DNA from: an uncultured virus (IMG/VR IMGVR_UViG_3300018878_000143)
Taxonomy: Duplodnaviria; Heunggongvirae; Uroviricota; Caudoviricetes
Reading direction: 5' to 3' (one strand)
Virus record (IMG/VR): IMGVR_UViG_3300018878_000143
DNA: 64,000 nt
Below are positions 56,023 to 64,000 of the stretch, piece after piece; positions within the stretch are counted from its first letter, which is position 1; each line of letters starts with the position of its first letter. The notes below the pieces were generated by a model that was given only the letters and a program-made list of their open reading frames with translations, ran no database searches and was not told the origin of the DNA. The translations under genes were made by a program, and so were the position numbers.

Positions 56023-56667
56023 TTACGATACAATTGAGCACTTGACATCAATACACACTTCAGTCCCAGCAGGCACCATTGAAGCCAAGGAGTTACAAAT
56101 CATATCCCTGCTGAACTTCCCATTAAAACACAGGCTAAACTCCGTCATTGCCATCCGTTTCGACTTGGACATATCATTAACATCAACAGAGTGTTTTACA
56201 TCACTTATGTTTGCCTCATCTCTTGGCAGAGGATCGTCAATAATTTGTTTCTCCTCTTGCAACAAATCGCAAGCCATAAACTTTTCAAACTCTTCACGAA
56301 GATTTTTGGGCATGCGCTTTCCTCTTGTGAATTTGATGCCGATTTCGTCACAACCGCAAAACTTTGTAACAGTCTGAGGTGCAATGCCAAACATAGTGGC
56401 AAGATCCGATGCTGTTGTTGAGTACTTGCGAATTAGTCCAAGAAGGTATTCTTTTTGAATATGTATGGGGAGCTTCCGGAAATCATCCCAAACCATAGGT
56501 CTCCCAAGTTGATAAGTCATTGTTTCTCCACACCTTTCTTTCCATTGTTTCTGAGTCATGTGATCAGTGGACAACGGACATTTTTTGCTTTTACTTCCGT
56601 TCTTACGATATTTTGCTTGTTGAGCAAGTCTTTTTTTCTGCAAAACATCGTAGTCAAAATCGTTCAT
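56023..56667 (-). CDS. Hypothetical protein with possible HTH
   Basis: TASDLATMFGIAPQTVTKF is HTH-like; AAGGAG RBS. Confidence 0.6.
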   Translation of the reverse strand: MNDFDYDVLQKKRLAQQAKYRKNGSKSKKCPLSTDHMTQKQWKERCGETMTYQLGRPMVWDDFRKLPIHIQKEYLLGLIRKYSTTASDLATMFGIAPQTVTKFCGCDEIGIKFTRGKRMPKNLREEFEKFMACDLLQEEKQIIDDPLPRDEANISDVKHSVDVNDMSKSKRMAMTEFSLCFNGKFSRDMICNSLASMVPAGTEVCIDVKCSIVS

Positions 56668-56679
56668 ATCGAATACTCC

Positions 56680-57081
56680 TTACGATTGGTATGAATATTT
56701 TGTATCTGAGGCAAATGTTTCTTTTTGCCCTAATTTCGACAAACAAAAATCATCATAGGTAATAACTGCTGGACAGTGTTGTTCTCTGCCGTCGTGGAAG
56801 TATGCATACCACATATCTTCCTGGTCTTCACCAGCTCCATGGAGTTCAAAGAGAACTTCCGGAAACTTACTGGACAGGTATTTCATATCGTCAGCATAGT
56901 CGTACCATTTCGCATTGGCATACCATCCGTATTCGACATCGCTTTGACTAAAAACCCCCATTTTATCAATCTCTGCTACCAAGTCATTTCTGACGATAGT
57001 AGGAACAGAGCTAGTTGTTACCGTATCTCCTGAGACAGAAATACCGTAGACCGCCAAACTGTAATCAGTATAGTATCCCAT
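56680..57081 (-). CDS. Conserved-looking phage hypothetical protein
   Basis: MGYYTDYSL...KWYD...DM..LS.KFPEVLFELHG.GE. Confidence 0.65.
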   Translation of the reverse strand: MGYYTDYSLAVYGISVSGDTVTTSSVPTIVRNDLVAEIDKMGVFSQSDVEYGWYANAKWYDYADDMKYLSSKFPEVLFELHGAGEDQEDMWYAYFHDGREQHCPAVITYDDFCLSKLGQKETFASDTKYSYQS

Positions 57082-57084
57082 TGT

Positions 57085-58218
57085 TTATCTCCTTCGTAAG
57101 TTTTTTACAGATTCAACGACGACACGGGCAGCATCGCGAACTTCTTCTAATGTTGTATATTTTGAAAATGAAATACGAATAGAACTCCTTGCTTGGTCGC
57201 TTGATAGTCCAATCGCGGTCAACACATGGCTTGGAACAGCCAAGTGTGCGGTGCAGGCCGAGCCTGCCGATACAACAACACCCTTACTACCCAAAAGTAA
57301 AAGTAATGTCTCTCCATCAACACCATCAAAACGCATATTTACAATTTTAGAATCTTTACATGGATCGCCGTTAATATAGACGCCCTGTAGCTCACTCAAA
57401 ATGTTGAAAAATTCTTCTTTTATTGTCTTGTAGTGCTCAGGTGTTTTATGGCATTCTCTATATACTCCCTCTGCAGCCGCTCCCATTCCAATAATTGCCG
57501 GCACATTTTCCGTTCCTGCACGAATCCCAAATTCCTGTTTTCCGCCAAAAATAATTGGATTCAACAAGTCTTTATTTCTTGCATATAGAAAACCAATCCC
57601 CTTTTGTGCGTGAAACTTGTGACCAGACGCAGACAAAAAATCGATGCAGAACTTGTCTACATCGATCTCGGTATCACAATATGCTTGCACACAATCAGTG
57701 TGAAATAAAACATCATTCGCTCTGCAAATCTGCCCAATGGATTTCGTATCCATCTTGTTGCCTATTTCATTGTTAATTCCCATAATAGAAACAAGGCCAG
57801 TGCCACCATGTATGGCGTTATCAACATCGTCTGGCGACACATACCCGTTTGAATCTACTGAAATATGTGTTACATCAAAACCATTATCAAATAGGTATTT
57901 TATAGGCTCTAAGACAGATTGGTGCTCGACCGTAGATGTGATGATATGCGTCTTACCTACCCGTCGCAAATAATCAGCCAAACCAACAATAGCCAGCGTA
58001 TTGGCCTCGGACCCACCGGAAGTGAAAATAATACACTCCGGATCAGCATTGATTGGTTTTGCAACTTGCTTCCTCGCTTTTTCTATGGCGTTGGCAGCTA
58101 AGCGTCCCATAGAATGAATGCTGCCAGGATTTCCATAGTTCAACGACATATATGGCAGCATAGCATCTATCACCTCTTGTGAGACTTTTGTTGTCGCAGC
58201 ATTATCAAGATAAATCAT
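57085..58218 (-). CDS. iscS: Cysteine desulfurase (IscS/NifS type)
   Basis: IYLDNAATT, GNPGSIH, FTSGGSEAN, EH, NNEIG, HTDCVQ, SGHKF (PLP Lys), RAGTEN, SAGSAC (catalytic Cys). Confidence 0.95.
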   Translation of the reverse strand: MIYLDNAATTKVSQEVIDAMLPYMSLNYGNPGSIHSMGRLAANAIEKARKQVAKPINADPECIIFTSGGSEANTLAIVGLADYLRRVGKTHIITSTVEHQSVLEPIKYLFDNGFDVTHISVDSNGYVSPDDVDNAIHGGTGLVSIMGINNEIGNKMDTKSIGQICRANDVLFHTDCVQAYCDTEIDVDKFCIDFLSASGHKFHAQKGIGFLYARNKDLLNPIIFGGKQEFGIRAGTENVPAIIGMGAAAEGVYRECHKTPEHYKTIKEEFFNILSELQGVYINGDPCKDSKIVNMRFDGVDGETLLLLLGSKGVVVSAGSACTAHLAVPSHVLTAIGLSSDQARSSIRISFSKYTTLEEVRDAARVVVESVKNLRRR

Positions 58219-58489
58219 CTATATCACCGTAGTCCTCATGAGCCGCCTCCAGTTCGTCTATGCGAGCTGCAAGCTCCAAACATTTTTTCTTCCATTTGTC
58301 TCCATCTGTAATAAGCCTTCCATGACTATCTACCAGTAGATGGATTATCGCTTCGTCCGGGAGTGCATAATTCTTGCTACACAGGGAGACTTTTAGAATA
58401 CGTCTTGTATCATCAAACCAGACCACCAAATGATCTCCATTGGAAAATACACCTTCTTTTAGCTTTAATTCCCCTATTCGTTTAAACAT
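58205..58489 (-). CDS. Hypothetical protein
   Basis: GAGGAGG RBS, 94 aa. Confidence 0.6.
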   Translation of the reverse strand: MFKRIGELKLKEGVFSNGDHLVVWFDDTRRILKVSLCSKNYALPDEAIIHLLVDSHGRLITDGDKWKKKCLELAARIDELEAAHEDYGDIDDLS

Positions 58490-59011
58490 CTACAATTCCT
58501 CCTCACATTCAGCAAGCCATTCATCTATTGGTATAAACTGCTCATACCCATCAATTTTTTCTGCGCACACATCACAATAGGGACTGATCCACCCAACGGA
58601 AACTTTTGTTGCAGGTTCTCCACATTTAATACATGTTTTTGCCGATAGAGCTTCGTATTTTTGAATGATGTTATGTAGTGTTCTTGTGTCATGCTCTGAA
58701 TCACGTCGTACAAGCGTCCCATACCATCTAAGCACACCGTATTTTTCCTTAATATCCATTATTCGATATCTGTCAATACAGTTGATACGCAGCAGCTCTT
58801 CTCTAATTTCCTCACACATCTGCTTCCCAAAAGCTTTTCTCCATCCGCATGGCATAGAATCTAATTCAGTATACCTGTAATCAAATTCTACAGGCGTTTC
58901 ATCTGTAAAACGATTGTGTGGCATTAGAAACGGATAGCGTTCGATCAAATGCTTGTTTTCGTCATATGTTGATAACAACTTTCCACCCCCTATTAATACA
59001 ACTGCCACCAA
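58490..59011 (-). CDS. Hypothetical protein with C-terminal zinc ribbon
   Basis: MPCGW, IKEKYG.LRWY, CIKCG...GWI...C..C. Confidence 0.65.
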   Translation of the reverse strand: MVAVVLIGGGKLLSTYDENKHLIERYPFLMPHNRFTDETPVEFDYRYTELDSMPCGWRKAFGKQMCEEIREELLRINCIDRYRIMDIKEKYGVLRWYGTLVRRDSEHDTRTLHNIIQKYEALSAKTCIKCGEPATKVSVGWISPYCDVCAEKIDGYEQFIPIDEWLAECEEEL

Positions 59012-59481
59012 TATTCATAGCACTTTTTGTACTGATTCCCTCGATATATTTCTTTGCTTCTGCGGACATGTCTATTTGCACATTTCTTTAGATATTTTTC
59101 TTTTCTGGAATCTCTTGGGAACTTGATATATGTACCGGTGCGCTTCCACACCCCATCTACCCACTCCCAATCGGCCCATCCCACATACGGTTTGTATCCA
59201 AGATCAAGAATTGCCATCAGATCGTCTCTATGCTTGATTCGCATAGCTCTTCGATACTCTGATCCAGTTCTGCGCTTCCCGGTTTTCTTCTTGCGTGGTT
59301 TGCAAACAAAGGCATCTTCACAATATCCACCAAACAAGAATTCGTCCTGAATTTTGTCACATCCGCAATACTCCAATTGTGGCTCATACCCACCCTCTTC
59401 AGCAATCCGAAGGCGGTACTCCACACCATCGCTAATCGGACACTCATCACAGGCAAAGTAACATTCACCAACATCAATCAT
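58993..59481 (-). CDS. Cys-rich, basic hypothetical protein
   Basis: AAGGAGG RBS; several Cys; Lys/Arg-rich C-terminal half. Confidence 0.65.
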   Translation of the reverse strand: MIDVGECYFACDECPISDGVEYRLRIAEEGGYEPQLEYCGCDKIQDEFLFGGYCEDAFVCKPRKKKTGKRRTGSEYRRAMRIKHRDDLMAILDLGYKPYVGWADWEWVDGVWKRTGTYIKFPRDSRKEKYLKKCANRHVRRSKEIYRGNQYKKCYEYWWQLY

Positions 59482-59511
59482 CGCAATACCTCCTTGGGGA
59501 TATGTTATAAA

Positions 59512-59979
59512 TTAGCCAAAGCCGACCTCGTACAAATCGTCTTGAATAACTTCGAGAATCTCCTCTCTGGTCATATCTGTCAATTTTTGTACTGCGTCCA
59601 CAATTCGATCATGAACCTCAAGAAGGCTGTTGGGTTCATTTTTTGTGTGATACCAAGGCATAGATGGTGGATAGTAAAAATAATCATTCCCGTCACCATC
59701 TCCTCCAAATATCAGGCTGTCTGTGTCATCGCAATGACAAAGCATATCTGCAAAATTTTCAAACGGCTCTCCATAATAATAGTCGCTTGGATCAAGAGAA
59801 GAAATGTTGCCAGATGATTTTAGTAACCTTAGTTCTCCATCGTCCGGAAGCTGCTCAATAAGGAAATCGAGCAATTTTTCTTTATTAACGTGAGATTCGA
59901 TTCGGTCTGCCCGAACACCAATTCCCTCGATCATCCAATAGCACATACTCATTTTTAATTCCCCCTTGTTCTGTTGCAT
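59512..59979 (-). CDS. Acidic hypothetical protein
   Basis: Likely start at MSMCYW after AAGGGGG. Confidence 0.6.
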   Translation of the reverse strand: MQQNKGELKMSMCYWMIEGIGVRADRIESHVNKEKLLDFLIEQLPDDGELRLLKSSGNISSLDPSDYYYGEPFENFADMLCHCDDTDSLIFGGDGDGNDYFYYPPSMPWYHTKNEPNSLLEVHDRIVDAVQKLTDMTREEILEVIQDDLYEVGFG

Positions 59980-60656
59980 CAGTGTTCATCGAATATCACT
60001 TGTTCTCCATGTTTTAGAATCCAACAACCATCGTCTGTTGTAGCACACTCTGTGCAGTTTCCACCACATTCTTTGGCACCATCTCTTGCTGTTGTAGATC
60101 CATCCCTATATCGCACATGTGCTTCGGGTAAAGAAAATGGGTTGACCATTTCTAAGTCAACCCATGCACTAAATATAATATGTAAGTTTTTTGGTATAAT
60201 CCGTTCCGCAATCATCCACATGTTATAAAGCTGTGGATGAATTGATGTACCATCGATAGATGCGATATATGAATCAATGATGTAGTCATTTACAATCTCA
60301 TACTTCTTTGTGAAGCACAAAATCTCACAGTGTGGATTTCTTTTGGCGATCTCCACCATTTTAATAAGGTAGTTTACATTTGGGATATCACCGGAAACAT
60401 GGAAACGGAAGTATCGAGACAGCATAATTGCCGCTTCGACCTCCCGCCAATAAACCTCTGGATTTGATTGTAGTATCTCATAGTTGTGTTGATAGGCTTT
60501 TGCCACTGTTGGCCTCAGCCGAGCGATTTTTCTCGCATAGCACTTACTTTGACATTTACATTCTCTACAAGTGAGCCCCGAAGGTAAAGAAATGCTTTGT
60601 ATACTTCCGAGTTTTGAGTTGCCCTTACTAATACTTAGTTCTCCCATATTTGTCAC
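59979..60656 (-). CDS. Gp88-like Cys-rich protein (possibly radical-SAM-related)
   Basis: GNSKLG...SLP...TC..C.C...CYA, FRFHVSGD, FTK, PKNL.I.FS, C.GNC..C......CW, FDEH. Confidence 0.7.
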   Translation of the reverse strand: MTNMGELSISKGNSKLGSIQSISLPSGLTCRECKCQSKCYARKIARLRPTVAKAYQHNYEILQSNPEVYWREVEAAIMLSRYFRFHVSGDIPNVNYLIKMVEIAKRNPHCEILCFTKKYEIVNDYIIDSYIASIDGTSIHPQLYNMWMIAERIIPKNLHIIFSAWVDLEMVNPFSLPEAHVRYRDGSTTARDGAKECGGNCTECATTDDGCWILKHGEQVIFDEH

Positions 60657-60713
60657 TCCTTAATTGTCGCAATTGCAGCTGCACCTCTATCCCAACGATT
60701 GTAGTTATCTTAT

Positions 60714-61034
60714 CTAATTTAGTTCAGATATATGTTCGTAAGACCATATCAGCTTATCAAAAAGTTCTCTGTTTTCACTGACACATCTAACAATAAAATT
60801 AACAGTTACCTTTAAGTCTGAGTAATATCCATGGACATTAACATACACTACAGACATGTCTTTTTTGTCAAATGTAATATAGTTATCATCAAAGCATACT
60901 TTAAATTTTCCGCTCAGTGCCAAGGACACGTTGCACTTTGTACGCAGATATTCCGACATCAGCTGATCGCACTTTGTTTCCAGATCCATAGCCTCTTGTC
61001 GAGTCATACCACATCTCTTTTCTTCTTTTTTCAT
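60714..61034 (-). CDS. Hypothetical protein
   Basis: GAAAGGTG RBS before ATG 61034. Confidence 0.55.
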   Translation of the reverse strand: MKKEEKRCGMTRQEAMDLETKCDQLMSEYLRTKCNVSLALSGKFKVCFDDNYITFDKKDMSVVYVNVHGYYSDLKVTVNFIVRCVSENRELFDKLIWSYEHISELN

Positions 61035-61248
61035 ATCGTGCACCTTTCTCGCAACGGTCTTCAACTTTAATTCCAAAACACAATTTCCACATTATCTTTT
61101 GCAACCAGTTAAAATGCTGATCTACCGGCAATGATGTTCTGTAATATTTGTCTCCGATCCAAAGAATACTCTTTGGCGCCGGTGTTTGAATAAGCACCCC
61201 TTCTTTTAGTGTCACGTCCCTTAATTCCTCTGAGTTAAAAACCATCAC
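60901..61248 (-). CDS. Hypothetical protein (3' end overlaps the next gene)
   Basis: AGGTGGGAG RBS; FNWLQKIMWKLCFGIKVED motif. Confidence 0.5.
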   Translation of the reverse strand: MMVFNSEELRDVTLKEGVLIQTPAPKSILWIGDKYYRTSLPVDQHFNWLQKIMWKLCFGIKVEDRCEKGARYEKRRKEMWYDSTRGYGSGNKVRSADVGISAYKVQRVLGTERKI

Positions 61249-61295
61249 AAACTCCCACCTGTCTTTTCGCTTTATGCAAATATGTTTTTGACCAA

Positions 61296-61760
61296 TTACT
61301 CCAATGAGACAATACTGTATTTTACTGTGCCATCATCATAAATCTTGGTCTCTAGATTTCCAATTGTAGTTTGTCCAATTCTGTTCTTATACTTTGTATA
61401 TGTATCTTCGCCATTGATTGAATATTCAAAGCCATTGTATTCAACAATAATTCTGTATATTGCGGGATGTGTAATTAACGTCATTGTTTTACCAACCATC
61501 ATTGGCTGGAGATACATGCTACGATGATATTGGTCTACAACAGTTACTTCTACATTCTCATATCTGGTGTCGATAAGCTTGGTACATCCCATAAGACTGA
61601 AAATCATTATAAGCAGCAACAAGATCCCCAATATTCTGTTTTTGAGTTTCTCTCTACCAATGTGGCTTCGAGCCGATTCAAGACCTTTTTTCCATTCGTA
61701 AAATCCGTTATTAAGAGCCATAGTTTCCACCTCTAATTTTTTTGTTTCCAACACTCGCAT
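61296..61760 (-). CDS. Putative lipoprotein/membrane protein
   Basis: ILGILLLLIMIFSLMGC hydrophobic stretch ending in a lipobox-like motif; start uncertain. Confidence 0.55.
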   Translation of the reverse strand: MRVLETKKLEVETMALNNGFYEWKKGLESARSHIGREKLKNRILGILLLLIMIFSLMGCTKLIDTRYENVEVTVVDQYHRSMYLQPMMVGKTMTLITHPAIYRIIVEYNGFEYSINGEDTYTKYKNRIGQTTIGNLETKIYDDGTVKYSIVSLE

Positions 61761-61915
61761 ATATCACTGTCTGCTACCTCAAGAATATAGTCGGTATGTT
61801 CAGTTACAACAAAATAAGCACATACATGTGTTAAAATTTCTTGATAATCAGGGTGTTTTCTTACCTCACAGCAATACGTGCAATTGCCACATCTTTTACA
61901 CATATACAACCTCAC
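61733..61915 (-). CDS. Small Cys-rich protein
   Basis: CKRCGNCTYCC...C...CECW. Confidence 0.45.
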   Translation of the reverse strand: MRLYMCKRCGNCTYCCEVRKHPDYQEILTHVCAYFVVTEHTDYILEVADSDICECWKQKN

Positions 61916-61941
61916 AAAATGAAACTTAAATTATCTAATTT

Positions 61942-61982
61942 AAAAGAAGAAGTGAGCCGTCTGTCGCAACCAGATGACTCAC
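61942..61982 (-). terminator. Terminator downstream of the tRNAs
   Basis: Minus strand GTGAGTCATCTG-GTTGCGA-CAGACGGCTCAC followed by TTCTTCTTTT. Confidence 0.7.
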
Positions 61983-62017
61983 TATATTTTTGAGGATTAT
62001 TCAACTCACTTCTTCTA

Positions 62018-62104
62018 TGGCGGGAGAGACGCGACTCGAACGCGCACAAGATCTCTCTTGGATGGATTAGCAATCCATTCCGCTACCAATTACGGCACTC
62101 CCCC
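62018..62104 (-). tRNA. tRNA-Ser(GCT)
   Basis: Full cloverleaf GGGGGAG...ATGGA-TTGCTAA-TCCAT, long variable arm, GTTCGAG T-loop, encoded CCA. Confidence 0.92.
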
Positions 62105-62211
62105 TCGTTGCCGGTCTCTTCCCGGCTGTCAAGACCTGTTTTCATGGTCTCCGTATCTATAGATACGAGCAGTTGGAAAAGGATTCTATGAAACGCCAAA
62201 AGCTTTGGCAT

Positions 62212-62288
62212 TGGAGCACGCGACGGGGATCGAACCCGCAACCCTCTGCTTGGAAGGCAGATGCTCTAGCCGATTGAACTACGCGTGC
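62212..62288 (-). tRNA. tRNA-Gly(TCC)
   Basis: GCACGCG...TCTGC-CTTCCAA-GCAGA...GGTTCGATCC...CGCGTGC-T-CCA. Confidence 0.95.
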
Positions 62289-62454
62289 ATAGTTGTGACG
62301 AGCTCTCTGACGAATTAGTAACCAAGCTCAATTTTTCATGCAAAACTACATAGTGACCACAGTGATGACAGCTGCACATATTGTCATCACTGTAGACCTC
62401 TATATCTATGTCGCAAATAGGACAGTATCCAAACTTAAGTTCCATGCGATTCAC
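62266..62454 (-). CDS. Small zinc-ribbon protein running into tRNA-Gly
   Basis: CPIC...CHHC; stop codon lies inside the tRNA. Confidence 0.4.
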   Translation of the reverse strand: MNRMELKFGYCPICDIDIEVYSDDNMCSCHHCGHYVVLHEKLSLVTNSSESSSQLCTRSSIG

Positions 62455-62696
62455 CCCAACACATGGCTGTGTTCATCAAAGAAGTTCAGGAATTTACCCT
62501 CATCTTCCTTATGCTCGCAGTAAATTTCAAGTTCGTCGCCGTGTTCTCCCAACAATGCTCCAAGTGCTATGTATCTACTGATATGGCTTTTCAAGCAGAA
62601 TTTATCGCCATACTGGCTGGTCAGATATACTTCTCCGGTGCAACTTTCTACAGTCGCTAAAAAGTCATTAACATCACTGATATTCCTAAGCTTCAT
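62451..62696 (-). CDS. Small HPr-fold-like protein
   Basis: I.DV..F...V..C.GEVYL.S..GD...LKS pattern, 81 aa. Confidence 0.5.
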   Translation of the reverse strand: MKLRNISDVNDFLATVESCTGEVYLTSQYGDKFCLKSHISRYIALGALLGEHGDELEIYCEHKEDEGKFLNFFDEHSHVLG

Positions 62697-63196
62697 GTAT
62701 TCACCTCTTCTTTGCCGTTGTTCTTCAGCGCTTCCATCAATGCTATTTCTGCCTCTTCTCTGATAGGAAATACTATTTTACCGAAATCATCAAATTCGAT
62801 ATCACGCTGTCGATCTATTATTTTACCGTTTCTTACTTCGCAGATCCTGAATTTCTTTGTCCATTTACCTTTGGAATTGCAAGAAATTGATATGCTGCGA
62901 ACGGCATATTCTACGATCTCTTTTTCATAATGATATGTCCAAGTTTCCTTATCATCCAAGTGCCAAACATCATCGACTCTCCAGACTGTGTCACCAACTT
63001 TGCACGGCGGTGTGATAATCATGTTTGTTCCGCCGACAAGGTAGTAATAAATGCCAAGAGCTTCATCTCCTTGAATTTTCTTCAACATAGTCATATCATG
63101 CTTGTCTGCTCTGGATGCTATCAATGTAGGAATATCCGTTGAGCAATTATCATATGTGATAATCAGTTCGTCTTCCATGTCGCTCAACCTCGCCAA
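62693..63196 (-). CDS. Hypothetical protein
   Basis: PCKVGDTVW...FGK.VF..REEAE.AL, a common phage motif. Confidence 0.6.
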   Translation of the reverse strand: MARLSDMEDELIITYDNCSTDIPTLIASRADKHDMTMLKKIQGDEALGIYYYLVGGTNMIITPPCKVGDTVWRVDDVWHLDDKETWTYHYEKEIVEYAVRSISISCNSKGKWTKKFRICEVRNGKIIDRQRDIEFDDFGKIVFPIREEAEIALMEALKNNGKEEVNT

Positions 63197-63213
63197 ACTC
63201 TATTTTTATATTG

Positions 63214-63453
63214 TTAAATAACACCATCTTTAGCAGCACATACGAATCTATATGTAAAATCAATATGATCATCATCTACAAATACCAACGGTATGGCATC
63301 GCCCTTCATAACCTTGACCGCTTCATCTATGCCGCCATATGGTTTAAGCTTGCTTAATGCGTGTGCATAATCGCAAGTGTTGTCGCACTCTTCTGTATAC
63401 GAATGTCCATATCTATTTAAGCACTCAAAACACGGATTATACATATTTTTCAC
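63214..63453 (-). CDS. Small Cys-rich protein
   Basis: CFEC...CDNTC; AAGGTG RBS. Confidence 0.55.
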   Translation of the reverse strand: MKNMYNPCFECLNRYGHSYTEECDNTCDYAHALSKLKPYGGIDEAVKVMKGDAIPLVFVDDDHIDFTYRFVCAAKDGVI

Positions 63454-63470
63454 CTTTTAAAAGTTTGTTT

Positions 63471-63668
63471 TTAATGCTTGACTATGCTTTTCCAAGCAAC
63501 TACTTCATCACAATCGTCATAATCACAATAGCACCACTTATATACACCATTCCACATAGGTACCAGCTTGTTGATATAGATTCTTTCTTCACCGTTATAA
63601 ATAACCTTTAACTCAACATCCTCATTAACTGGTGGAGTTTTTTCGTACAACTTAATCCAAACACTCAT
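63471..63668 (-). CDS. DUF551-like small protein
   Basis: WIKL.EK.P...V.AW termini. Confidence 0.55.
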   Translation of the reverse strand: MSVWIKLYEKTPPVNEDVELKVIYNGEERIYINKLVPMWNGVYKWCYCDYDDCDEVVAWKSIVKH

Positions 63669-63695
63669 GTCTTACCTCATAAAATTCGTATTTCA

Positions 63696-63980
63696 TCAAT
63701 GGATACTGTCTAACTCATAAAAATGCCAAACATAACCAAGTGCGTCTTGTGCAGTTTTAAAATAGAACGATCCATCCATAACTTCTGATGGAACTTCCCA
63801 TCCGGTACCAACAGATATCAACTCTGTCGTCGTTTCAGGGCAATCATCTCTTGTCTCAATCCAACACATTAGGTCGTGCCCTTGAAGTTGAACATCAAGC
63901 AATCTGTGTCTACGGCAAGTAATCCTAGTAACTTCTCCATTTCCATTTACAGGATATTTAAAAATTCTCGTCGTGCTCAT
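63696..63980 (-). CDS. Hypothetical phage protein
   Basis: GGAGG RBS; IFKYP...VQLQ...GTGW...WHFYE. Confidence 0.65.
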   Translation of the reverse strand: MSTTRIFKYPVNGNGEVTRITCRRHRLLDVQLQGHDLMCWIETRDDCPETTTELISVGTGWEVPSEVMDGSFYFKTAQDALGYVWHFYELDSIH

Positions 63981-64000
63981 AATAATCCTCCAAATAAAAT

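Larger units (their letters stand above)
1..64000. mobile_element. Segment of a large temperate siphophage genome (excised/attP configuration)
   Basis: Contiguous capsid-tail-lysis block on +; integrase, replication and accessory block on -; phage genes on both sides of an attP; no host housekeeping operons. Confidence 0.95.

Noticed and set aside
52500..56100. Arbitrium (aimR/aimP) system
   Set aside because: No HTH-TPR receptor of the expected size and no short secreted propeptide gene seen
57085..58218. Dnd/Ssp phosphorothioation operon
   Set aside because: No DndB-E or Ssp homologs recognisable in the window
60901..61076. Programmed frameshift joining the two overlapping ORFs
   Set aside because: The downstream gene has its own RBS at 61034; the overlap looks like a lost stop codon in the upstream gene
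1..64000. Alternative genetic code / stop-codon reassignment
   Set aside because: Genes are full length under code 11, all three stop codons end genes normally, and there is no suppressor tRNA

Overview
The whole window is part of a large temperate siphovirus of Gram-positive (probably Clostridia-like) hosts, with SPbeta-like traits. The + strand (1-33.9 kb) carries the late genes: capsid, head-tail and tail genes, a 2133-aa tape measure, Dit/Tal, an 11-kb modular fibre/adhesin array and a CHAP-SLH lysis cassette. It converges at about 34.0-34.55 kb on an intact attP (3' half of tRNA-Trp, arm-type repeats, 10-bp phased repeats) next to int/xis. The - strand (34.5-64 kb) carries nucleotide metabolism genes (dUTPase, class II RNR, ThyX-like, kinase), PhoH, ClpP, an MT-A70 methylase, a replisome (DnaE, primase, DnaB, SSB, ERF, Cas4-like nuclease), a regulatory island, a cysteine desulfurase, many small ORFs and two tRNAs. 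The strongest candidate for an undescribed system is the 52.5-54.7 kb island. It contains a self-contained operon of an antitoxin-less MazF toxin plus an MrpR-like repressor. Upstream, a LexA-box-covered promoter produces a transcript whose long leader is overlapped by a roughly 118-nt antisense sRNA with its own promoter and terminator. All calls were made by eye from sequence motifs; no database searches or folding programs were run.
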